Assembly (NCBI GenBank): GCA_902782245.1
Contig: CACZMI010000006.1
Span: forward strand, 5,478 to 69,477
DNA length: 64,000 nucleotides
DNA from: an uncultured Bacteroidales bacterium
Lineage (GTDB): Bacteria; Bacteroidota; Bacteroidia; Bacteroidales; Bacteroidaceae
Reading direction: 5' to 3'
Positions 19,292 through 27,085 of the stretch are shown one piece after another. Position 1 is the stretch's first letter. Every line of letters starts with the position of its first letter. The notes under the pieces were generated by a model. The model did no database searches. It had not been told where the DNA came from and was given only the letters and a program-made list of their open reading frames with translations. The position numbers were made by a program, and so were the translations under genes.

Positions 19292-19329
19292 AAACGAGTT
19301 AAGTACCTTTTCCTTATCTTTGTGGTGGT

Positions 19330-19923
19330 ATGAGTGATAAGAGGAAGATAGAGCTTGTGGTGGGGGAGATTCTGAACCGTAAACCTTCGGATCTGGCCCT
19401 GATAGCGCTGCTCAAGGAGAAGGACGGAGCCGATGAGGGGCTGCGTTGCCTGCCGGTGCTGGTGGGGCCGCTTGAGGCTCAGGCCATCATCGTAAACCTG
19501 TTCCGTCACCGTATCCCGCATCCGGGTATCTATGACCTATATCTGAATACCCTTAAGCAGTTTGACGGTAATCTGACAGAGGTTGATATATACAGGATAA
19601 GCGGCGGTATATTTTACTCCCATCTGTTCATTGAGCATGACGGAAACACCTCATTCATCACCTGCCGTACATCGGATGCCATAGCACTGGCGGTACGCAA
19701 CAATACACCTATATATATTGAGGAGGATCTGCTGGAACGCAACTGCGTACGCCTGCAATCCGACGGTGCTTATTCATTGCCTATCACTACGGCCAGTACA
19801 AAGGTGCTCAAGGAGGCGATGGAACAGGCAATCGCCACTGAGAATTATGAGTTCGCCGCACGTCTGCGTGATGAGATAAACAGCCGCGGACAGGCCGATG
19901 AATCTGATATGGACTTAATCTGA
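19330..19923 (+). CDS. Bifunctional nuclease family protein (DUF151) with a C-terminal UVR motif
   Basis: 197 aa. The VGPLEAQAI... core resembles DUF151 and the C-terminal ENYEFAARLRDEI is a UvrB/C-type motif. A TATCTTTG -7 box at 19315-19322 implies an almost leaderless mRNA. Confidence 0.82.
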   Translation: MSDKRKIELVVGEILNRKPSDLALIALLKEKDGADEGLRCLPVLVGPLEAQAIIVNLFRHRIPHPGIYDLYLNTLKQFDGNLTEVDIYRISGGIFYSHLFIEHDGNTSFITCRTSDAIALAVRNNTPIYIEEDLLERNCVRLQSDGAYSLPITTASTKVLKEAMEQAIATENYEFAARLRDEINSRGQADESDMDLI

Positions 19924-19929
19924 CATCAT

Positions 19930-20637
19930 ATGTGGCTATTCTATGCTCCCGATATACAGGATGACATGCAACTTCCGGAGGAGGAGGCCGGACACTGCAT
20001 ACGCGTGCTCCGCATGAAAGAGGGTGACCGCATACGTCTGACCGATGGAAAAGGCTGCTTTTATGAAGCGGTTATCAGTGCCGTGTCGGGCAAACGCTGC
20101 CTGGTACATGTTGAGAATAAAGAGGTGCAGAAGCCGCTTTGGAGCGGACATCTGCATATTGCCGTTGCTCCCACCAAACTGATGGACCGTAACGAATGGT
20201 TCGTTGAAAAGGCTGTGGAGATAGGTGTGGATGAGATTACGTTTCTAAAGACTGATCACTCAGAGCGTGATGTCATAAAGATGGACCGTATTGAGAAGAT
20301 TGCAGTATCTGCCATGAAACAGTCGCAGAAAGCCACATTGCCTATACTGAACGGAATGACTTCATTGCGTAGTTTCATTGAACGCGGATTTGACGGGGAC
20401 AAGTTCATCGCCCACTGTGAACCGGGTAGTAAAGTGCTGTTGCAGGATGCGGTGGTAGCGGGGCATAATTCACTGGTGCTAATCGGTCCGGAGGGTGATT
20501 TCAGCCCGGGGGAGATAGAAATGGCACTGAAGGCCGGCTTTAAACCGATATCACTAGGTCCGTCACGTCTGCGTACCGAGACTGCGGCACTTGTGGCGGT
20601 ACATATTATGAATCTGGCAGGACAGAGCAGGGAATGA
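19930..20637 (+). CDS. rsmE: 16S rRNA (uracil1498-N3)-methyltransferase
   Basis: 235 aa. HCIRVLRMKEGDRIRLTDG N-terminal PUA-like region and LIGPEGDFSPGEIE SPOUT motif. Confidence 0.92.
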   Translation: MWLFYAPDIQDDMQLPEEEAGHCIRVLRMKEGDRIRLTDGKGCFYEAVISAVSGKRCLVHVENKEVQKPLWSGHLHIAVAPTKLMDRNEWFVEKAVEIGVDEITFLKTDHSERDVIKMDRIEKIAVSAMKQSQKATLPILNGMTSLRSFIERGFDGDKFIAHCEPGSKVLLQDAVVAGHNSLVLIGPEGDFSPGEIEMALKAGFKPISLGPSRLRTETAALVAVHIMNLAGQSRE

Positions 20638-21383
20638 GATACTTCATATATCTTGAATTTGACGGTAGTGCGTACAGCGGTTGGCAGATACAGCCGCATT
20701 CACCGTCGGTGCAGCAGACACTGGAGGAGGCTCTGGCGCTGTTCCTGCGCCAAAACGTGAGTGTTACAGGTGCAGGACGTACGGATGCCGGAGTTCACGC
20801 ATCGGAGATGGTGGCTCATTTTGACCTGGACAAGCCGCAGGACTGTGGCTGGATGCGCGGCAAACTGAACGGGATACTGCCGCAGGATATAGCTGTCCAC
20901 AGGATTGTTCCGGTCAAGGCCGATGCTCATGCCCGTTTTGATGCAACAGCCAGGACGTACAAGTATTATGTTACCCTTAACAAGAGTGCATTCAACCGCA
21001 ATTATTCCTGGTTCCTGCCAAATGAGCCCGACTTTGAGATGATGAACCGTGCGGCTGAAATACTGATGAAAACGGTGGATTTTACCAGTTTCAGCAAACT
21101 GCATACCGATACCAGGACCAATGACTGCCACGTAACCGAGGCCGGGTGGGAGATGCTCCCTGACGGCCGATGGGTATTTACCATAACTGCCGACCGATTC
21201 TTGAGGAATATGGTACGTGCCATAGTAGGGACTCTGATGGAGGTGGGACGCGGCAGACTTACCATTGACGGCTTCCAGCGTATTATCGACAGTAAGGACC
21301 GGTGTTCGGCCGGTGATTCCGCTCCGGCACAGGGTCTGTTCCTGTATAAGATTGTTTATCCTGATAATCTGTTCGTTTTATGA
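20634..21383 (+). CDS. truA: tRNA pseudouridine(38-40) synthase
   Basis: 249 aa. FDGSAYSGWQIQP, and GAGRTDAGVHA containing the catalytic Asp. Confidence 0.95.
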   Translation: MRYFIYLEFDGSAYSGWQIQPHSPSVQQTLEEALALFLRQNVSVTGAGRTDAGVHASEMVAHFDLDKPQDCGWMRGKLNGILPQDIAVHRIVPVKADAHARFDATARTYKYYVTLNKSAFNRNYSWFLPNEPDFEMMNRAAEILMKTVDFTSFSKLHTDTRTNDCHVTEAGWEMLPDGRWVFTITADRFLRNMVRAIVGTLMEVGRGRLTIDGFQRIIDSKDRCSAGDSAPAQGLFLYKIVYPDNLFVL

Positions 21384-22012
21384 CAAGAAGAATAATTCCG
21401 GTTCTGCTTTTATGCTTATCGGCCATCGGTCCGGTAAGGGCGGAGGATCTGCGTACTCTGTTTATAGGTATGCCTGATTCCATAATACCCACTCTAACCA
21501 AAAGTGAGCGTATGGACTTTCTGGATTATATGGACAGCGGCATGAGAGCACGCGTAAGGAATAAATTGGGAGGAGAGAGCATGATGACTGCATTCTCGGA
21601 CAACTCCCTGACGGTTATGACATCGCAGTCGGGCAGGTTGGAGATGGTGTTGTTTCCGCGCAAGAACGGCTCAAACCTTATATGTATCATAAGGACTGTC
21701 ACCGCACGCTATGAAGATTCCCGCCTGTCGTTCTACAACGAAGACTGGACGCCGGTAGATGCGGAGAGTCTGATAGATTATCCGCAGTTTGAGGATTATC
21801 TGACCAAGGCGGCGTTAAAAAGCGACTCGCTGGATATGCTCAGGAAACAGTCCATGCTCAGGCTCCAGTCAATAGTTCCCGTAGACGGAGCTCTGGAATT
21901 CAGATACACTTCAATTGATGATTTGGGGCAGGATGCTGATAAATATCGCAGCTGGTTCAAGCCGACTCCGATAAGATACACTTGGAACGGCAAAAAATTC
22001 AAGCGTAAATAA
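21380..22012 (+). CDS. DUF3256-like periplasmic protein
   Basis: 210 aa with a signal peptide. MPDSIIPTLTKSERMDFLDYMDSGM resembles the DUF3256 N-terminal signature. The start overlaps the truA stop. Confidence 0.75.
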   Translation: MTRRIIPVLLLCLSAIGPVRAEDLRTLFIGMPDSIIPTLTKSERMDFLDYMDSGMRARVRNKLGGESMMTAFSDNSLTVMTSQSGRLEMVLFPRKNGSNLICIIRTVTARYEDSRLSFYNEDWTPVDAESLIDYPQFEDYLTKAALKSDSLDMLRKQSMLRLQSIVPVDGALEFRYTSIDDLGQDADKYRSWFKPTPIRYTWNGKKFKRK

Positions 22013-22048
22013 AAAGAAAGCCGGTGCAGATGCATCGGCTTTCTTTTT
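22011..22048. terminator. Bidirectional terminator between the DUF3256 gene and the L31 gene
   Basis: 13-bp stem AAAAAGAAAGCCG / CGGCTTTCTTTTT. Confidence 0.75.
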
Positions 22049-22064
22049 ATCGGTATCTTGACAA

Positions 22065-22322
22065 TTACTTGCCACCGCGGCTCTTTGCGTAACGGCTCAT
22101 GAACTTGTCGACGCGACCGGCGGTATCGACCAGCTTTGACTTACCGGTAAAGAACGGGTGAGAAGTGTTGGAGATTTCAATCTTGATAACGGGATAGGTC
22201 TGACCTTCAAATTCGATTGTCTCCTTGGTGGCGCAGGTTGAGCGTGACAGGAAGCAATCGCCGTTAGACATGTCCTTGAATACTACAGGACGATAGTTCT
22301 CGGGATGAATACCTTTTTTCAT
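22065..22322 (-). CDS. rpmE: 50S ribosomal protein L31, type B (no CxxC zinc ribbon)
   Basis: 85 aa starting [15 protein letters not shown], with HPFFTGK. It lacks the paired CxxC motifs of type A. Confidence 0.93.
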   Translation of the reverse strand: MKKGIHPENYRPVVFKDMSNGDCFLSRSTCATKETIEFEGQTYPVIKIEISNTSHPFFTGKSKLVDTAGRVDKFMSRYAKSRGGK

Positions 22323-22515
22323 AACTTATTTTGTTTTTAATTACTCCATCTATGGCCAACCGGAATATAGGCTGGCATCTTATTATGGGGGTTTCAGCGC
22401 GCAAAGGTACTATTATTTGTTGTAACAACCAAAAGTTGCTGTTTGTTTTTGCTCAATTTGTACAACTGTGCGTTTTATTGATTAATTTGGCATTTGGTTT
22501 TGGCATATTTGTAGA

Positions 22516-23205
22516 ATGGACTTTTGGGAGAATATAAGCGGGAGCATCAACTCAAACCTTCTTGTAGAGGATCGCTGGAGGATAATGCTGGATGGGCTCG
22601 CTGTAACAGTCCAGGTCTCTTTATGGTCCATTCTGCTGGCAACAGCCTTGGGAGGATTGCTCTGCGCCATGCGTATGAACCGCCGTCATTGGATGCAGAT
22701 GGCGGTCCGCCGGTATGTGGAACTGATGCGTGCCGTCCCCATATTGGTGTTGCTTCTGCTCCTGTTCTATGTAATCCTTGCCGATGTCCCACTGTCAGGG
22801 ACATGGGTAGCCATAATCAGTTTCATGCTCTATTTCAGCGCCTATTTCTGCGAGACTTTCCGTACGGGAATTGAGGGAGTAGGCAGAGGACAGTGGGAAG
22901 CCGGATATGCGTTGGGGCTCAGTCCGGCTGTCACGTTCATGAAAGTTATACTGCCGCAGGCGCTGGTGCGTATAATACCCGTATTCAAGGGACAGATAGT
23001 GACTCTTGTCAAGAGCACTTCCATACTGGGGTATGTGGCGGTTGTGGATCTGACAAAATCCGGTGACCTGATACGCTCCCGTACTTTCGATGCATTTTTT
23101 CCGCTGCTTCTCGTGGCGGCAGTATATCTTATCCTTTCATGGCTGTTAAGCCTTGGCCTGGATATGTTGCAAAACAGATTCACACCAAAAAGCCGTAAGA
23201 TATGA
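22516..23205 (+). CDS. Amino acid ABC transporter permease
   Basis: 229 aa with a His/Glu/Gln/Arg-type permease fold, including the EAA-like loop GVGRGQWEAGYALGLS. Confidence 0.9.
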   Translation: MDFWENISGSINSNLLVEDRWRIMLDGLAVTVQVSLWSILLATALGGLLCAMRMNRRHWMQMAVRRYVELMRAVPILVLLLLLFYVILADVPLSGTWVAIISFMLYFSAYFCETFRTGIEGVGRGQWEAGYALGLSPAVTFMKVILPQALVRIIPVFKGQIVTLVKSTSILGYVAVVDLTKSGDLIRSRTFDAFFPLLLVAAVYLILSWLLSLGLDMLQNRFTPKSRKI

Positions 23206-24692
23206 GAAGACTGGTTTTCATATTTGCGGCTTATCTGCTCTGTGCCTGCTCGGCCGATAAAAAGGCTGACTACTCCGATGTACACGACATATCGGACCTT
23301 AAGGGTCACAGTGTGGCCGTATCAATGGGAAGTTCGTATGACCTGATGCTTTCTGAGATGGGAGGCGTCAATCTGGTTCGTCTGGGCGTGAGTGAACTGC
23401 TGCTGGCGGTTGAGAGCGGAAGGGCGGAATTCTGCATTATGGACCAGATTCAGGCCGGAATGCTGAATCTTGCAGACCGTGGTCTGGAGATAAGAATCCG
23501 TGACATACTAAAAGGAACGGCAGCTGCAGGTTTCAACAAGACCGATACGCAGCTCCAGGCGGAGTTCAACGCCTATCTGCGTAATCTTAAGGAGAGCGGA
23601 GAGTATGACCGCTGGAGTGAACGGTGGTTGAGCCGTCCGGATTCAATGGCCGATGAGGCGTTGCTGCTGACCCGGAAGACCGCAGGCTCGGGCAGCAGGG
23701 TTCTCAAGGTGGGTATAACCATTAATTATCCCTATATCTTCTACAAGGAAGGCGGACTTACGGGAATGGAACTGGACCTGATGAACCGGTTCTGCTTTTA
23801 TGCCGGGTATGGTACTGATTTTCAGGTTACTGACTTCAGTGCACTTATTCCTGCACTCAATTCTCGTAAGATAGATGTGATAGTTTCACATATGCGGGTG
23901 ACTGAGGAACGGGCACAGAAGGTGCTGTTCTCCGATCCGTATCTTCAGGGAGGAGGCGCCGCGGTATGCCGAACTTCAAAGACAGTCTCCGCAAAACTGC
24001 GCAAGGGTCCGTGGGACAGACTCAAGAGCAGTTGGCGCAGGAACCTGGTTGAAGAGAAACGTTGGAAACTGCTTGCTTCCGGACTCCTTGTTACACTTGA
24101 GATTTCGCTGTATTCAATTCTGGCTGCCATCGTGGCCGGTGTCATACTGTGCCGCCTGCGTATGGGACGCTCAAAAAGTATAAGGAAAACCGCATCGGCT
24201 TTTATAGGACTGGTGCGGGGAATTCCGCTGCTGGTTATACTTATGATCATGTTCTATGTGGTGTTCGCATCGGCATCGGTTACCGCACTCACGGTGACGG
24301 TTGTCAGTTTCGGCATATATTACGGAGCCTATTTCGGTGAGGTGTTCCGTATGGGAATGGAGAGCGTGGACAGGGGACAATGGGAAGCCGGACTTGCTCT
24401 CGGACTCGGAAAATTCCAGACATTTTCAAAGATAATACTGCCTCAGGCGCTGACCCGTATAATACCGGTGTTCAAGGGTGAGGTGATAACTCTCATTAAG
24501 ACCACATCGGTGGTAGGATATGTGGCTGTCATGGATCTTACCAAGGCGAGTGACATACTGCGTTCCACAACTCTGGATGCGTTGTTCCCGCTATTGCTGG
24601 TTACGCTTGTCTATATAGTGCTGTCGCAACTGACGGGGTGGGGACTGGATGCCCTGGACCGCCGTTTTACACCTAAAAACAGGAAATCATGA
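23202..24692 (+). CDS. Fused substrate-binding domain + permease of an amino acid ABC transporter
   Basis: 496 aa. Lipoprotein-like signal (LLCACS), an SBP_bac_3-like region of about 250 aa, then a permease half with SVDRGQWEAGLALGLG. Confidence 0.87.
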   Translation: MRRLVFIFAAYLLCACSADKKADYSDVHDISDLKGHSVAVSMGSSYDLMLSEMGGVNLVRLGVSELLLAVESGRAEFCIMDQIQAGMLNLADRGLEIRIRDILKGTAAAGFNKTDTQLQAEFNAYLRNLKESGEYDRWSERWLSRPDSMADEALLLTRKTAGSGSRVLKVGITINYPYIFYKEGGLTGMELDLMNRFCFYAGYGTDFQVTDFSALIPALNSRKIDVIVSHMRVTEERAQKVLFSDPYLQGGGAAVCRTSKTVSAKLRKGPWDRLKSSWRRNLVEEKRWKLLASGLLVTLEISLYSILAAIVAGVILCRLRMGRSKSIRKTASAFIGLVRGIPLLVILMIMFYVVFASASVTALTVTVVSFGIYYGAYFGEVFRMGMESVDRGQWEAGLALGLGKFQTFSKIILPQALTRIIPVFKGEVITLIKTTSVVGYVAVMDLTKASDILRSTTLDALFPLLLVTLVYIVLSQLTGWGLDALDRRFTPKNRKS

Positions 24693-25768
24693 TAAAAGTA
24701 AGGCATCTTAAGAAAGTGTTCAGGACACCTCAGGGTGAGGATCTGACCGTATTGTCCGATATCAACTGCGACATCGCCAAGGGTGAGGTGATATCGATAA
24801 TCGGTCCGTCCGGAACAGGCAAGAGTACGTTGCTGCGCTGTCTCAACCGGCTGGAGGAACCTACATCGGGCTCCATTGAGGTGGATGGGACCGATATTCT
24901 GGACCGCGCCACCGACATAAGCAGGATACGCCGCCGGATGGGTATGGTGTTCCAGAATTTCAACCTGTTCGAGCACCTTACCGTCCTGGATAACATCACT
25001 CTCTGTCCCATGACTCTGCTGGGCAAAAGCCGTGAAGAGGCAGAGAGTAGGGGAATGGAACTGCTGGAGGCCGTGGGACTTCATGATAAGGCCGGAAACC
25101 TGCCGTGCGAGTTGTCGGGCGGACAGAAACAGCGTGTGGCTATTGCCCGATGCCTTGCCATGGAGCCGGATATTATACTGTTTGACGAGCCCACATCGGC
25201 CCTGGATCCGACTATGGTCAGTGAGGTGCTGGCGGTAATACGTCATCTGGCAAGCCAGGGGATGACCATGTGTATAGTAAGCCATGAGATGCAGTTTGTG
25301 CGTGACGTGAGTACCAGGATACTGTTCCTGTATGACGGCGTGGTTTATGAGGAGGGTACTCCGGAACAGATATTCGATAATCCGCAGAAACCCGTAACCA
25401 GGGCGTTCATCAACCGGATACGCACATTTGAGGCAAGGCTGGAAAACCGCCGTTTCGACCTGTATGGCCTGTTTGGAAAAATCCATACATTCTGTGCCAA
25501 GTACGGAGTGGTGGGTGCCACCCTTGACAAGGTCCAGCATGTGACGGAGGAGATGCTATGCGGAATCATGCCGTTCAACGGTCCGGTGGTATTGACAATG
25601 GAATACAGCGAGAAGACTTCGGTCCTAAGCCTTACCTTTACTGAAGAAAAACCTGACGGACCTATTCTCAAGGGGCTGGATGAGGATTCCCTGTCGCTGC
25701 TTATGGTCCGCGGAATGAGCAGGTCGGTCAGTGAGAAGGAGGATGGAGTGGTAAAAGTTGAAATCTGA
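24689..25768 (+). CDS. Amino acid ABC transporter ATP-binding protein with a C-terminal extension of about 115 aa
   Basis: Walker A GPSGTGKST, signature LSGGQKQRVAIARCLA, Walker B ILFDEPTSALD. The canonical domain ends near residue 245 and an unassigned domain follows. Confidence 0.92.
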   Translation: MIKVRHLKKVFRTPQGEDLTVLSDINCDIAKGEVISIIGPSGTGKSTLLRCLNRLEEPTSGSIEVDGTDILDRATDISRIRRRMGMVFQNFNLFEHLTVLDNITLCPMTLLGKSREEAESRGMELLEAVGLHDKAGNLPCELSGGQKQRVAIARCLAMEPDIILFDEPTSALDPTMVSEVLAVIRHLASQGMTMCIVSHEMQFVRDVSTRILFLYDGVVYEEGTPEQIFDNPQKPVTRAFINRIRTFEARLENRRFDLYGLFGKIHTFCAKYGVVGATLDKVQHVTEEMLCGIMPFNGPVVLTMEYSEKTSVLSLTFTEEKPDGPILKGLDEDSLSLLMVRGMSRSVSEKEDGVVKVEI

Positions 25769-25881
25769 AGTCCCGGCCTATATTGCAATGTGTTGTTTGC
25801 AGTTTGGGTGACATCGGCTTAAACTTTGTGAAAGTTAATAACTTTATACCCTATACATTTTTAATTGGTCTCCAAAGAGTG

Positions 25882-25889
25882 TAATTTTG
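25882..25889 (+). promoter_or_regulatory. -7 box TAATTTTG for fba
   Basis: Matches TAnnTTTG about 53 nt upstream of the ATG. Confidence 0.4.
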
Positions 25890-25941
25890 TGTCCGATTTT
25901 GAAAACGAGAGTTTATTAATCACAAAAATACTTCAAAAACT

Positions 25942-26943
25942 ATGGTAAACTACAAAGATCTGGGTCTTGTAAACACCCGCGCAATGTTTGCCGCAGCCGT
26001 CAAGGGCGGTTATGCTATCCCGGCATTCAATTTCAACACTATGGAGCAGATGCAGGCTATCGTTCAGGCTGCTGTCGAGACCAAGTCACCGGTTATCATG
26101 CAGGTATCCAAGGGTGCCCGTAACTATGCCAACGCTACTATCCTGCGTTACATGGCCGAGGGTGCTGTCGCTTATGCAAAGGAACTGGGTTGCGCTCATC
26201 CCGAGATCGTGCTTCACCTTGATCACGGTGACAGCTTCGAGCTCTGCAAGGATTGCATCGACATGGGCTTCTCATCAGTTATGATCGACGGCTCTTCACT
26301 TCCTTATGAGGAGAATATCGCTCTTGCCAAGAAGGTTGTTGACTATGCTCACAAGTATGATGTAACAGTTGAGGCTGAGCTGGGCGTTCTGGCCGGTGTT
26401 GAGGATGAGGTTTCATCAGCAGAGTCTCACTATACCAAGCCTGAGGAGGTTATCGATTTCGCTACCCGCACCGGTTGCGATTCACTGGCTATCTCAATAG
26501 GTACATCTCACGGCGCACACAAGTTCACTCCCGAGCAGTGCACACTTGTAAACGGCGTTCTGGTTCCGCCTCCATTGGCATTCGACGTTCTGGCCGAGAT
26601 TGAGAAGAAACTCCCCGGATTCCCCATCGTTCTGCACGGATCTTCATCAGTTCCCATGGATGAGGTTAACACCATCAACAAGTACGGCGGTAAGCTTGAG
26701 GCTGCCATCGGTATTCCCGAGGAGCAGCTCCGCAAGGCTGCCAAGAGCGCTGTATGCAAGATCAACATCGACTCTGACTCACGTCTGGCTATGACTGCCG
26801 CTATCCGTCAGCACCTGGCTGAGCATCCCGGAGACTTTGATCCCCGTCAGTATCTCAAGCCCGCTCGCGAGAACATGAAGAAGATGTACATCCACAAGAT
26901 TGTAGAGGTACTCGGTTCAGACGGCAAGCTCTTGCAGAAGTAA
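25942..26943 (+). CDS. fba: Class II fructose-bisphosphate aldolase
   Basis: 333 aa. PAFNFNTMEQ, LHLDHG and SHGAHKF motifs. Confidence 0.95.
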   Translation: MVNYKDLGLVNTRAMFAAAVKGGYAIPAFNFNTMEQMQAIVQAAVETKSPVIMQVSKGARNYANATILRYMAEGAVAYAKELGCAHPEIVLHLDHGDSFELCKDCIDMGFSSVMIDGSSLPYEENIALAKKVVDYAHKYDVTVEAELGVLAGVEDEVSSAESHYTKPEEVIDFATRTGCDSLAISIGTSHGAHKFTPEQCTLVNGVLVPPPLAFDVLAEIEKKLPGFPIVLHGSSSVPMDEVNTINKYGGKLEAAIGIPEEQLRKAAKSAVCKINIDSDSRLAMTAAIRQHLAEHPGDFDPRQYLKPARENMKKMYIHKIVEVLGSDGKLLQK

Positions 26944-26969
26944 GACACACCATAAACACACATACATTG

Positions 26970-27007
26970 ATAATGGAGAGGACTGGTTCTTCTCCATTAT
27001 TTTTTTA
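26970..27007 (+). terminator. Rho-independent terminator after fba
   Basis: 10-bp stem ATAATGGAGA / TCTCCATTAT followed by T7. Confidence 0.75.
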
Positions 27008-27085
27008 TTTGTATTTAAATAAAATAAGGTTTGAGACGTTCCAATTCCGAAAAATCATTAAGTTTGTAGGCTTATTGGCATGTGT

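Noticed and set aside
24611-25540. 309-aa minus-strand ORF overlapping the ABC ATPase gene.
   Set aside because: It is antisense to a gene with perfect Walker A, Walker B and signature motifs. Its translation is His/Gln/Leu-rich nonsense, and it has no promoter or terminator context.
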